A stretch of DNA of 64,000 nt from an uncultured Alphaproteobacteria bacterium (GTDB taxonomy: Bacteria; Pseudomonadota; Alphaproteobacteria; Sneathiellales; Sneathiellaceae): NCBI GenBank assembly GCA_963971675.1, contig CAXASQ010000014.1, positions 2,166 to 66,165 of the forward strand, given 5' to 3'. The translations under genes were made by a program, and so were the position numbers. Shown here piece by piece: positions 19,752 to 30,842 of the stretch (the first letter of the stretch is position 1; each line of letters starts with the position of its first letter). Below the pieces are notes generated by a model. That model searched no databases. It saw only the letters and a list, made by a program, of their open reading frames with translations, and was not told the DNA's origin.

Positions 19752-20200
19752 AAGAAAAGCTGACTGCGGAGCTTGAGCGTTTCAAGGAGATTGTCGAGAC
19801 TTATGGCGCCCGGGAAGAGGCATGGCCTGCGGATGACCTGCCGATGATGCAGCGTCTGCTCGACACGTCCGATGTTGCGCGCAGCCTGCTCCGGCAGGAA
19901 GCGAAGTTCGATTTACTGCTGCAACAGGAATCCCGCGTCCCTCCGGCTTCCGCCGCCCTGCTGGGTCGGGTCCTGACAAGCGCCGAAGAGATCAATCAGG
20001 GGTCCTTCCTCAAAAGCCTGTGGCCATTCGGCGCCCTGTGGCAGCCCGCCGCCGGAATGGTTATGGCCGCCTGCATCGGCATTTTCCTCGGCTTCGCGAG
20101 CCCCGATATTATCACCGGCACGGACGAGGACACCCTCAACACTCTCGTCTTCAGCAGCACGAGCCTGATGGATCTGGAAAACGACTATGAGAATCTCTAG
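19748..20200 (+). CDS. Putative anti-sigma factor (single-pass membrane protein)
   Basis: ATGA overlap with the sigma gene. One TM segment (AAGMVMAACIGIFLGFA). There is no zinc-binding HxxxCxxC motif, so the assignment rests on position only. Confidence 0.45.
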   Translation: MKEKLTAELERFKEIVETYGAREEAWPADDLPMMQRLLDTSDVARSLLRQEAKFDLLLQQESRVPPASAALLGRVLTSAEEINQGSFLKSLWPFGALWQPAAGMVMAACIGIFLGFASPDIITGTDEDTLNTLVFSSTSLMDLENDYENL

Positions 20201-20669
20201 GAACAAAATACTCTCCCTGGCGCTGATCGTGTCGCTGGCCGTCAATCTTGTCATCGGCGGCTTCATCATTACCCAATGGGTCGGCCACGGCGGAGACCGG
20301 CGTCATGGGGACAGGATGCATTTTGACCGCCGCGCCGCCATCACTGTTCTGAGTGACCCGGAAAAGGAACTTCTTGACGAATTCTGGAAGGAACGGCGAC
20401 AAAATCTACGTCCCTATTTCCGTGAGTTTCGCGAAAACCGTCAGAAGCTGGCGGAATTATTCACGGCAGAAACACTTGATATCCCGGCGATCAATAAGGT
20501 TTACGCGGATATGATCGCCAAGCAGATGCAGATTGAAACTTTCCTGCAAACTTCCATGCTGGAAATGGCAAAGACTCTCCCCGAAAACAAGCGGGCCGCT
20601 TTTTTCAAGGAAGGCTTCACCGCTGAGCGGAAAAAATCGAAGCCGCCGAGAGAGAGCAGCAATGACTGA
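20187..20669 (+). CDS. Membrane-anchored periplasmic CpxP/Spy/CnrX-like (heavy-metal-sensor family) protein
   Basis: N-terminal anchor ILSLALIVSLAVNLVIGGFII, a His-rich stretch GHGGDRRHGDRMHFDRR, then an LSDPEKELLDEF (LTxxQ-like) helical domain. Overlaps the previous gene by 14 nt. Confidence 0.6.
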   Translation: MRISRNKILSLALIVSLAVNLVIGGFIITQWVGHGGDRRHGDRMHFDRRAAITVLSDPEKELLDEFWKERRQNLRPYFREFRENRQKLAELFTAETLDIPAINKVYADMIAKQMQIETFLQTSMLEMAKTLPENKRAAFFKEGFTAERKKSKPPRESSND

Positions 20670-21285
20670 CCGGCGGCAATTCGCCCCTGCCGTGGAGCGA
20701 AACCGTGAGCCTATTCTGAGGGTGCTGAAAGACTGGCTCCCGCAACAGGGAACCGTGCTGGAGGTTGCCAGCGGCAGCGGCGAACATGCCATATATTTCG
20801 CGCCGCGGCTGACGCCTCTTCTCTGGCAGCCCAGCAATTATGAACAGGAACAGATTGACAGCGTCAGCGACTGGATAGCCCATGCCCCTGCTGATAACCT
20901 TCTCCCGCCTCTCCGGCTTGACGTGACAGAAGCGCAGTGGCCCGTGGAGGAGGAAGCATATGAAAGCAGGCCAGTCACAGCCATTTTCAATGCCAATATG
21001 ATCCATATTTCCCCTTGGGCAACGACAGCGGGGCTGATGGCCGGGGCCGGACGTATTTTACCCGCAGGCGGACGGCTGATCCTTTATGGCCCGTTTATGA
21101 TCGATGGGGAACATACGGCCGACAGCAACAGGGAGTTTGACCACTGGCTGAAAGCACGGGATGCGGGCTATGGGGTGCGCGACATGCGCGATGTCATCAC
21201 AGAGGCCCGCAAGAATGGCTTGCAGCATCTTGTTGCCCGCCCAATGCCCGCCAATAATTTCATGCATCTGTTTGAAATGACCTGA
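20662..21285 (+). CDS. DUF938-family SAM-dependent methyltransferase-like protein
   Basis: Start trimmed to MTDRRQFAPAVERNREPILRVL. VLEVASGSGEHAIYFA is a glycine-rich SAM motif. The ATG overlaps the upstream stop (ATGACTGA). Confidence 0.7.
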   Translation: MTDRRQFAPAVERNREPILRVLKDWLPQQGTVLEVASGSGEHAIYFAPRLTPLLWQPSNYEQEQIDSVSDWIAHAPADNLLPPLRLDVTEAQWPVEEEAYESRPVTAIFNANMIHISPWATTAGLMAGAGRILPAGGRLILYGPFMIDGEHTADSNREFDHWLKARDAGYGVRDMRDVITEARKNGLQHLVARPMPANNFMHLFEMT

Positions 21286-21339
21286 CAGGCGCGCTGATGC
21301 GTAGATTTCTGTCCCGCCCCAATAATGACACAGCAAAAA

Positions 21340-21365
21340 GGGCCGCTCCCCTCAGGAAGCGGCCC
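21340..21365. terminator. Bidirectional intrinsic terminator between the DUF938 gene and groEL
   Basis: GGGCCGCT-N10-AGCGGCCC flanked by AAAAA on the left and TTTTCTTTT on the right. Confidence 0.7.
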
Positions 21366-21393
21366 TTTTCTTTTAAATCGGATCAGTGGTGGC

Positions 21394-23055
<1,662 letters not shown>

Positions 23056-23070
23056 TCACAATTGTGCGGA

Positions 23071-23358
23071 TTAGGCCAGAATGCCCATGATGTCTGATTC
23101 TTTCATGATCAGGAGATCTTCCCCATCGACCTTGATTTCAGTGCCGGACCATTTGCCAAAGACAACTTTGTCGCCGACTTTTACATCAAGCGGACGAATG
23201 CTGCCATTTTCGGCGATGGAACCCGTGCCAACGGCAAGAACATTGCCCTGAGAGGGTTTTTCCTGTGCACTGTCAACGAGGATAATCCCGCCAGCCGTCT
23301 TTTCTTCGGCTTCAACGCGCTTGACCAATACGCGATCATGCAATGGACGAAAATTCAT
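23071..23358 (-). CDS. groS: Co-chaperonin GroES
   Basis: [26 protein letters not shown]; GAGGGAGA Shine-Dalgarno upstream of ATG 23358. Confidence 0.95.
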   Translation of the reverse strand: MNFRPLHDRVLVKRVEAEEKTAGGIILVDSAQEKPSQGNVLAVGTGSIAENGSIRPLDVKVGDKVVFGKWSGTEIKVDGEDLLIMKESDIMGILA

Positions 23359-23403
23359 AAATGTCTCCCTCATCCTAAGGTTTATATCGTCATTTGAGAT
23401 TTA

Positions 23404-23430
23404 TTAGCACTCATCCACATAGAGTGCTAA
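23404..23430 (-). promoter_or_regulatory. CIRCE operator (HrcA binding site)
   Basis: Perfect match to the consensus TTAGCACTC-N9-GAGTGCTAA, 46 nt upstream of the groES ATG. Confidence 0.9.
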
Positions 23431-23443
23431 CAATTGCAGCAAG

Positions 23444-23472
23444 GATGTAGTCAAAAGCCGTCCCGCTGTCAA
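23444..23472 (-). promoter_or_regulatory. Candidate groES-groEL promoter (TTGACA-N17-TACATC)
   Basis: The minus strand reads cccTTGACAgcgggacggcttttgacTACATCc immediately upstream of CIRCE. Whether it is sigma70 or sigma32 type cannot be resolved by eye. Confidence 0.4.
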
Positions 23473-23657
23473 GGGAGGAGTAAAGAATCTGCAGCAGCAT
23501 CAGCAGATCACAGGGATTTCCGCATATCCCGGCAGAATATTGCCAATTTTCTTGGCCCCACCCGTATTTTCCATTAGATAGAGCCTCGACATGGCTGCAC
23601 GTAAGATCAATGCGTCGCCTGTACAAGTGATGAAATGAATATGGCCCGGATAATTCA

Positions 23658-25430
23658 GTGACAAATTCCCTTCTTTCCCAGCTCAGCCATACGGTCGGCC
23701 AGGCCTTTGCCGCCATTGGCCTTGACCCGTCATTTGGCAAAACATTCACTTCGCAACGTCGTGACCTGGGACAGTTCCAGTGCAATGGCGCGCTCGCCGC
23801 CGCCAAGCAGGCCGGTCGCAACCCGCGAGAAATTGGCGCCGAGGCGATTGCAGAGCTGGAAAAAACAGACCTTTTCGCCGATCTGACCCTCGCCGGACCC
23901 GGATTCATCAATCTGAAGCTGTCCGATGATTTTCTGATCGGCCATATCAGCGATATCGCGGCGGATGCCTGGTTCGGCGCCCGCAGCGGCCATACCCCGC
24001 AGAAAGTCATTCTTGATTACGGCGGGCCGAATGTCGCCAAGGCCATGCATGTAGGACATTTGCGCGCCACCATCATCGGGGAGAGCCTCCGCCGCCTGCG
24101 CGTCTTTCTGGGCGATGAGGTCATCAGCGATGTACATTTCGGTGACTGGGGCCTGCCGATGGGCCTGCTGATCAAGGAGATCGAGCGCCGCCAGCCGGAC
24201 CTGCCCTATTTCGACAAGGATTATACTGGCCCCTACCCTGCGGCATCGCCGGTGACCGTTGAAGAACTGCAGGAATTGTATCCCGCCGCCTCCAGCCGCA
24301 GCAAGGAAGACCCCGCTTTTCTGGAGGCGGCCCGCTCCGCCACTTTTGAATTGCAACAGGGACGTGCAGGATATCGCGCGCTCTGGCAGCATATGCGCGA
24401 TGTCTCCATTGAGGAAACCCGCACCGACTTTGATCTCCTCGGCGCCCATTTCACTGAATGGAAGGGTGAGGCCGATACGAATGAGCATATCCCGCTCATG
24501 CTCGCCCGGTTGAAAGAGGCAGGCTATTCCGAGATTTCCGATGGCGCCGTTGTTGTCCGTGTTTCCGAGGAAAGCGACAAGAAGGAAATGCCGCCGCTGA
24601 TCCTTGAGAAATCCGATGGCGCGGTGATGTATGGCACCACCGATCTTGCCACCATAGAGATGCGCAGTATGGAGCATGAACCGGACAGCATTCTCTATGT
24701 TGTCGATGCCCGCCAGAGCCTGCATTTCGAGCAGGTCTTCCGCGCCGCCCGCAAATGTCACAGCCTGAAGCCGGAATGTCACCTGGAACATATCGGCTTC
24801 GGCACTGTGAACGGCAAGGATGGCAAGCCCCTGAAAACCCGCGACGGCGGCGTTGTCCGCCTCAGAAGCCTGATTGAGGATGCCATTGGCGAGGCCCGCA
24901 AGGTTGTCAAGGAAACAGCCGGCATGTCAGAGCGGTTCGATGCGGATGAACTTGCGAATATCTCCACCAAGGTCGGGATCGCCGCGATCAAATACGCCGA
25001 TCTCTCCAACCAGCGAATGTCCAACTATATCTTCGATCTGGAGCGCTTCACAAAGTTCGAAGGGCGCACCGGTCCTTATCAGATGTATGCCGCCGTCCGC
25101 ATCAAGTCCATGCTGCGCAAGGCAACGGAACAGGGGTTGACGGAAGGACGGCTTCTCGCCGGAATGGAGGCGGAGCGAAACCTCATGCTGGCTCTCGCCT
25201 CCCTGCCCGAGGCCATTACGGCGGCGGCCGAAAAGAATGCACCCAACATCCTATGCGATCATGTCTACGCCCTCAGCCAGGAATTCAACGCCTTCTATCA
25301 TGAATGTCCCGTTCTCGGCGAGGCGGAGGCGGATACCCGCGCCTCCCGTCTCCGCTTATGCGCCATTACCCTGCGCCAGATGGAACAGGTTCTCGGCATT
25401 CTCGGGATCGATGTTCCCGAACGGATGTAA
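23658..25430 (+). CDS. argS: Arginine--tRNA ligase
   Basis: 590 aa; HVGHLR (HIGH-type) motif, DALR anticodon-binding C-terminus; GTG start per the track. Confidence 0.95.
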   Translation: MTNSLLSQLSHTVGQAFAAIGLDPSFGKTFTSQRRDLGQFQCNGALAAAKQAGRNPREIGAEAIAELEKTDLFADLTLAGPGFINLKLSDDFLIGHISDIAADAWFGARSGHTPQKVILDYGGPNVAKAMHVGHLRATIIGESLRRLRVFLGDEVISDVHFGDWGLPMGLLIKEIERRQPDLPYFDKDYTGPYPAASPVTVEELQELYPAASSRSKEDPAFLEAARSATFELQQGRAGYRALWQHMRDVSIEETRTDFDLLGAHFTEWKGEADTNEHIPLMLARLKEAGYSEISDGAVVVRVSEESDKKEMPPLILEKSDGAVMYGTTDLATIEMRSMEHEPDSILYVVDARQSLHFEQVFRAARKCHSLKPECHLEHIGFGTVNGKDGKPLKTRDGGVVRLRSLIEDAIGEARKVVKETAGMSERFDADELANISTKVGIAAIKYADLSNQRMSNYIFDLERFTKFEGRTGPYQMYAAVRIKSMLRKATEQGLTEGRLLAGMEAERNLMLALASLPEAITAAAEKNAPNILCDHVYALSQEFNAFYHECPVLGEAEADTRASRLRLCAITLRQMEQVLGILGIDVPERM

Positions 25431-25501
25431 AGAATTTTAAAGAGTTTTCATCTATCTTTTCGGTCAAAACGCAAAACTATTCAGAACAAAGGAATCAAGA
25501 C

Positions 25502-26584
25502 GTGCCAGAGGAAGTCAAAAAACTGAAGCCGGGTGTCGTAACAGGAAGCGACTATCTGACCCTCGTGAAAAACTGCAAGGCGCGGGGCTTTGCCCTGCCC
25601 GCCATTAATGTGACCAGCACGAATACGCTGAACGCCGCCCTTGAAGGCGCCATGAACAGCAAATCCGACATCATCATTCAGCTATCCAATGGCGGCGCGC
25701 AGTTCTTTGCTGGCAAGGGCATCAAGGATGTGGAGAAGGCTCGCGTTCTCGGCGCCATTTCCGCGGCCCGCCACGCCCATACGGTGGCCAAGGCATATGG
25801 CATCTGCGTCGTGCTGCATACCGATCACGCCGACAAGAAGCTGATCCCTTGGGTTGAAAGTCTGATCGAGGCAAGCGAAACAGAATATGAAGTGACCGGA
25901 AAGCCCTTGTTCAGCTCTCACATGCTGGATCTTTCCGAGGAACCGATTGACGAAAATCTGGCGGAATGTGAACGCGTGTTGAAACGTCTCGCCAAAATTG
26001 ACATGAGCCTTGAAATCGAGCTTGGCGTAACCGGCGGCGAAGAAGACGGCGTCGGCAGCGATATTGACCAGATAGATAACAGCAAGCTCTACACACAGCC
26101 GTCGGAAGTTCTGCAAGCCTACGAAAAACTCTCCCCCATTGGGCATTTTTCCGTCGCCGCCGCCTTTGGCAATGTCCATGGCGTCTATAAACCCGGCAAT
26201 GTCCAGCTTCGCCCGGAAATCCTGAAGGCATCGCAGCAACATATCCAGAGTGTCTATGATACCAGCGATCGGCCGCTTGATTTCGTCTTTCATGGCGGCT
26301 CCGGCTCCAGCCCAGAAGAAATTGCCGAAGCCGTCGGCTATGGCGTCTTCAAGATGAATGTGGACACTGACACCCAATTTGCCTTTTCCAAGCCTGTCGG
26401 CGCCTATGTGGAGGCGCATCCGAAGGCCTTCAAATATCAGATTGATCCCGAGGATGGCACACCGTTCAAGAAACATTACGATCCCCGGGCATGGCTACGC
26501 GACTGCGAAAAATCCATGGCGGAGCGCGTTCAACAAGCCTGTGCGGAACTCGGCGCAACGGGAAAATCGATCGCTGAGTCGTAA
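25502..26584 (+). CDS. fbaA: Class II fructose-bisphosphate aldolase
   Basis: HTDHADKKLIPWV...KPLFSSHMLDLSEEP...IELGVTGGEEDGV closely parallels E. coli FbaA. Start trimmed to GTG 25502 (VPEEVKKLKPG) with AAGGAA upstream. Confidence 0.9.
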   Translation: MPEEVKKLKPGVVTGSDYLTLVKNCKARGFALPAINVTSTNTLNAALEGAMNSKSDIIIQLSNGGAQFFAGKGIKDVEKARVLGAISAARHAHTVAKAYGICVVLHTDHADKKLIPWVESLIEASETEYEVTGKPLFSSHMLDLSEEPIDENLAECERVLKRLAKIDMSLEIELGVTGGEEDGVGSDIDQIDNSKLYTQPSEVLQAYEKLSPIGHFSVAAAFGNVHGVYKPGNVQLRPEILKASQQHIQSVYDTSDRPLDFVFHGGSGSSPEEIAEAVGYGVFKMNVDTDTQFAFSKPVGAYVEAHPKAFKYQIDPEDGTPFKKHYDPRAWLRDCEKSMAERVQQACAELGATGKSIAES

Positions 26585-26611
26585 ATCGTCACCGCTGACC
26601 CCGCCAAATGA

Positions 26612-26638
26612 GGCCGCGACCGTTTCGCGGCCTTTTTT
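26612..26638 (+). terminator. Intrinsic terminator after fbaA
   Basis: GGCCGCGA-N5-TCGCGGCC followed by TTTTTT. Confidence 0.75.
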
Positions 26639-26679
26639 GTCACCTTGATTATAGTAGGCATGACAACTATAATCTTCCC

Positions 26680-27132
26680 ATGTTAAGCAAACAGGACAAC
26701 ACGCTGGGCACGCTGGTACATGAAGTTGCGCATCTTTTGCGGACCATTATAGACCGGAGGGTAGAACCTTATAATCTGACGCGGGCAAAATGGCTGGCGC
26801 TGGGTGTGCTTGACCGGCGTGAGGGAATTTCCCAGACGGAGCTTGCGGACTATCTGGAGCTGGATAAATCCACCATCGGGCGGTTGATCGACCGGCTGGT
26901 GCAACGCGGCTTTGTCGAGCGACGGAGGGATCCGGCAGACCGCCGGGCCTATCGCATCTTCTTCACTGAATACGCCCATCCCATCCTGACCGAGCTTGAG
27001 GCAGTTGCCGACGGCGTGCGGGAAGAGGCGCTGCACGGGATTGCCATGGAAGATCGGGAACGGCTTATTGCCCTTCTCGGTCAGGTGAAGAAAAACCTGC
27101 TGGAAGCGCGCCAGAATATAGACCCGAAATAA
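26680..27132 (+). CDS. MarR-family transcriptional regulator
   Basis: Start trimmed to MLSKQDNTLG. Winged-HTH region ISQTELADYLELDKSTIGRLIDRLVQRGFVERRRDPADRRAYRIF. Confidence 0.8.
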   Translation: MLSKQDNTLGTLVHEVAHLLRTIIDRRVEPYNLTRAKWLALGVLDRREGISQTELADYLELDKSTIGRLIDRLVQRGFVERRRDPADRRAYRIFFTEYAHPILTELEAVADGVREEALHGIAMEDRERLIALLGQVKKNLLEARQNIDPK

Positions 27133-28875
27133 ATGACCGGCCCCCAGCAAATGCCTATCAATGTGTCCTCTGGCGCCGCGACATGGCATCTCTTCATTCC
27201 CAAGCTCTATACATTGTTGCGTCATGGCTATGGTTGGGGCGATTTCCGCCATGACGCCCTTGCCGGGCTGACGGTTGCCATCGTTGCACTGCCGCTTGCC
27301 ATGGCACTCGCCATCGCATCGGGCACGACACCGGACAAGGGGCTGATAACCGCTATTGTGGCCGGATTTCTTATCTCCGCCCTCGGCGGCAGCCGTTTTC
27401 AGATCGGCGGCCCCACCGGTGCCTTCGTCGTCGTCGTCTTCGATGTGATCCGAACGCATGGATATGACGGACTCGTCATTGCGACAATTATGGCCGGTCT
27501 CATGCTGGTGGTTGCCGGGTATCTCCGCCTTGGCACCTTCATCAAATATATCCCCCAGCCTGTCATCACCGGCTTTACAGCCGGAATTGCGGTGATCATC
27601 TTTTCAAGCCAGATAAACGCCTTTTTCGGCTTCGGCATTGACAATCTGCCCGCCGAGGTTTTTGGCCAGTGGGCAACATATCTGGGCTCACTCGGTCACA
27701 TGGATATCATGACCCTTGGCCTGGCGGCGGGAACACTCGCCCTGATTATCGCCTTGCGGCTTTACGCCCCGAAGGCGCCGGGGTTCCTGATTGCCCTGAT
27801 TGCGGGAGCGGGGATCACGACAGCTCTCAGCCTTCCCGTCGCAACAATCGGATCGCAATTCGGCACTCTGCCAAGCTTCCTGCCCGCGCCAACCCTGCCA
27901 GATTTTGACTGGCGGGAGCTTCCTGCCCTACTTCCAAGCGCCTTGACCATCGCTTTTCTTGCCGGTGTGGAATCGCTCCTTTCCGCTGTTGTCGCCGATG
28001 GCATGACGGGACGACGGCACCGATCCAACTGCGAGCTGGTTGCACAAGGTATTGCCAATATGGCGTCAGGCCTATTTGGCGGGATGCCCGCTACGGGTGC
28101 CATAGCCCGCACGGCGACCAACATAAAATCCGGCGCCCGCACCCCCGTTTCCGGCATGCTGCACGCTGTTTTTCTGCTGCTGATCATGTTGCTGTTCGCT
28201 CCGCTTGCGGCCTATGTCCCGCTTGCTTGCCTTGCCGCCGTGCTGGTCATTGTCGCCTGGAATATGAGCGAGGTGGATAGATTCCGGAGCCTGATGCGCG
28301 CCTCCATCGGGGAAAGAGTGATCCTGCTGACAACATTCCTGCTGACCATCCTCGTCGATCTTACCCTCGCGATCGAGGTTGGCGTTGTCATGGCCGCCCT
28401 TTTTTTTATGCACCGCATGGCGAACGCCGTTGAGATCGCAACGGACATCCCCCTTCTGCAGGAGGATCAGGACGACATGACCGGTGCGGAAACGGAAAAA
28501 TACGTTCCCGGACATGGTCTGCCGCGCGGGATTGAAACCTATGAGATTTCCGGGCCGTTCTTTTTCGGCACCGTCTCGCTGCTTGCCGATGTCCTGGAAC
28601 GCATTGACGCAAAGACAGATGTCATCATTATCCGCATGGGCAGGGTGCCTATGATGGATGCTACCGGCGCGACGGCACTCGATGATTTTATTGCCCGCAG
28701 CCACGCCAAGGGTCGGCTTATCATTCTGTCCGAGGCGGCGCCCGGTCTTCTCAGCCAGCTTGAACGGATGCAGGAAGGAGATGGGCGGGGCAAGTATCTG
28801 GTGACCCCCACTTTCGATGAAGCGCGCGAAATGGCAATCCGTAATTATGACGGACAAGACCCGCCGGGCCGCTAA
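27133..28875 (+). CDS. SulP-family anion (sulfate/bicarbonate) permease with C-terminal STAS domain
   Basis: 580 aa; DALAGLTVAIVALPLAMALAIASG, many TM segments, STAS-like tail (ETYEISGPFFFGTVSLL...). The ATG abuts the MarR stop (TAAATG). Confidence 0.9.
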   Translation: MTGPQQMPINVSSGAATWHLFIPKLYTLLRHGYGWGDFRHDALAGLTVAIVALPLAMALAIASGTTPDKGLITAIVAGFLISALGGSRFQIGGPTGAFVVVVFDVIRTHGYDGLVIATIMAGLMLVVAGYLRLGTFIKYIPQPVITGFTAGIAVIIFSSQINAFFGFGIDNLPAEVFGQWATYLGSLGHMDIMTLGLAAGTLALIIALRLYAPKAPGFLIALIAGAGITTALSLPVATIGSQFGTLPSFLPAPTLPDFDWRELPALLPSALTIAFLAGVESLLSAVVADGMTGRRHRSNCELVAQGIANMASGLFGGMPATGAIARTATNIKSGARTPVSGMLHAVFLLLIMLLFAPLAAYVPLACLAAVLVIVAWNMSEVDRFRSLMRASIGERVILLTTFLLTILVDLTLAIEVGVVMAALFFMHRMANAVEIATDIPLLQEDQDDMTGAETEKYVPGHGLPRGIETYEISGPFFFGTVSLLADVLERIDAKTDVIIIRMGRVPMMDATGATALDDFIARSHAKGRLIILSEAAPGLLSQLERMQEGDGRGKYLVTPTFDEAREMAIRNYDGQDPPGR

Positions 28876-30461
28876 TAGGCGAGCGCGCAGCCGTCCTTGC
28901 GGGATTCCGAACCTGCGGACAGGACGCCCGTTTCCGGATCCATCGCAATGATCTGCCCGCCACCAAGCGGCATGGCCGTATCCGCCAGCTTGTAGCCCAT
29001 CGCGGCAAGTTCGGCCCGTACGGATGGGGAAATGCCCTGCTCCACCTCCAAAACACCTGCATTATAGAAGGCGCGCGGGCAGTCAATCGCCTCCTGCACA
29101 TCCATGCCATAATTCCAGATATTCGTCAGAACATGGGCATGGCCGACCGGCTGATATCCGCCCCCCATGACCCCATAGGACATGGCCGCCTTGCCGTCTT
29201 TCGTCACCATGCCCGGAATGATCGTATGCAGGGGGCGTTTGCCGGGTGCGACACAGTTTGGATGATCCGGATCGATGACAAATCCGAAACCGCGGTTCTG
29301 GAAAATCACGCCGGTGTTCGGGCAGGCAATGCCGGAGCCGAACCCCTGATACAGCGAATTGATGAAGGAGACCGCATTGCGGTCCTTGTCAACGACGGTC
29401 AGGTAAATCGTATCGCGATGGCTTTCGAGGGCATTGGCGCCCGTCGGATCCCCGGCCTTGCCCTTCTCGATAAATCCGCACAGATGATCGGCAAATTTAT
29501 CAGAAAGCAGCATCTCGACCGGCACATCGGCCTGCTCCGGGTCGGCCACGTATTTATTGCGTGCAAGATAGGCGAGGCGGGCCGCCTCCGCTTCCAGATG
29601 CAGCCGCATCGACCCGTTCGGGTCGAGCCCGTCCAGCCCGAGCCGGCTCAGGATATTGAGCATTATCAGCGCCGTGATGCCCTGACCGTTCGGCGGTATC
29701 TGGTGCACGCGGTGGTCTGCATAATCCGCATGGATCGGCGTCACATAATTCGCGCTGGTCGCGGCGAAATCCTTCGCTTCATGCAATCCTCCGGCGGCGC
29801 GCAGGCTCTCAACCATCTGTTCGGCAAGAGGCCCTTCATAGAACGCAGCGCGGCCAGTTTTCGCAATCGCCTTCAAGGTTGCCGCAAGCTCTGGCAGACG
29901 CCAGACACTGCCCGCTTTCGGCGCCTTCCCGTCTTTAAGGAACAGCTTGCTGGCCGTCTCATTCTTCTGAAGCTTGGCAACGCCCATTTCCCAATCCACA
30001 GACGTGCGCTGCGTAACGGGGAAACCATTCTCGGCATAGTCGATAGCCGGCGCCAGAATATCGGCGAAATCCATCCGGCCATATGTTTCATGCAGCCTTG
30101 TCCAGGCATCAATGGCACCGGGGATGGTCACGGAATGAACGCTTGTCGGGAGCATCTTGTCAAAGCCCTGCGCCCTCAGATAGTCAGCCGTCAGCGCCAT
30201 GGGCGCCCGGCCTGACCCGTTCAGCCCCTCGACCGCCCCTTCTCCATTGCGGGCGACAAGTGCGAAGCAATCGCCGCCAATCCCTGTCTGCATCGGATCG
30301 ACAACACATTGCACAGCGCAGGCCGCAATGGCCGCATCCATGGCATTCCCCCCCGCCTTCAGAATGCCGAGACCCGCCTGAGAAGCATGCACATTGGATG
30401 TAGCGATGGCGCCATTCAATCCATATGTGACAGAGCGACCAGCCTGATAAAAATTACGCAA
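28872..30461 (-). CDS. ggt: Gamma-glutamyltransferase
   Basis: 529 aa; autoprocessing/nucleophile context ESHRDTIYLTVVDKDRNAVSFINSL and C-terminal GVMGG...GG motifs. Confidence 0.85.
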   Translation of the reverse strand: MRNFYQAGRSVTYGLNGAIATSNVHASQAGLGILKAGGNAMDAAIAACAVQCVVDPMQTGIGGDCFALVARNGEGAVEGLNGSGRAPMALTADYLRAQGFDKMLPTSVHSVTIPGAIDAWTRLHETYGRMDFADILAPAIDYAENGFPVTQRTSVDWEMGVAKLQKNETASKLFLKDGKAPKAGSVWRLPELAATLKAIAKTGRAAFYEGPLAEQMVESLRAAGGLHEAKDFAATSANYVTPIHADYADHRVHQIPPNGQGITALIMLNILSRLGLDGLDPNGSMRLHLEAEAARLAYLARNKYVADPEQADVPVEMLLSDKFADHLCGFIEKGKAGDPTGANALESHRDTIYLTVVDKDRNAVSFINSLYQGFGSGIACPNTGVIFQNRGFGFVIDPDHPNCVAPGKRPLHTIIPGMVTKDGKAAMSYGVMGGGYQPVGHAHVLTNIWNYGMDVQEAIDCPRAFYNAGVLEVEQGISPSVRAELAAMGYKLADTAMPLGGGQIIAMDPETGVLSAGSESRKDGCALAY

Positions 30462-30570
30462 GGGACACCTTCTTCCTTATCGTTATCGTTGTATGTGCGC
30501 CAGACTACGCTATCTTTGCAGGATGTGCAAAATTACTGTCGAGAAATACGTCTCCGGCCATCCAGATTTC

Positions 30571-30786
30571 CTACCAGAGGCGGACGATCACATATTTCGT
30601 AAAGGCATCATCCACCTGCATCTGGCTTGCGGCACGCCACGCGGCGAGGGCTTCCTGGTAGGTATTGAAAAAGCCCCGTACATCCATCCCCTTGAGGTTG
30701 GTAAAATCCTTGCCCCGTGTATCGGCGACCTTGCCCCCGAATACAACGAACAGTTCCTTATCTGTCTTTGAGATTGTTTCAGCCAT
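30571..30786 (-). CDS. DUF4170-family small protein
   Basis: Start trimmed to MAETISKTDKELFVVFGGKV...; ends ...DDAFTKYVIVRLW. Confidence 0.6.
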   Translation of the reverse strand: MAETISKTDKELFVVFGGKVADTRGKDFTNLKGMDVRGFFNTYQEALAAWRAASQMQVDDAFTKYVIVRLW

Positions 30787-30842
30787 TGGGTTCCTCACAA
30801 TCAAGTCGCTAATCACGGCACGGCCTGCCGTTAAATTCAATG

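Noticed and set aside
28872-28875. Convergent SulP and ggt genes with overlapping stop codons (CTAA)
   Set aside because: It is real but is a trivial compaction feature. No regulatory inference can be supported.
30477-30490. Tandem TTATCG TTATCG and nearby TTTGCA-N5-TGCAAA in the ggt upstream region; checked as part of a scan for CRISPR or other repeat arrays
   Set aside because: There are only two short units. No array-like periodic repeats appear anywhere in the window, so no CRISPR is called.
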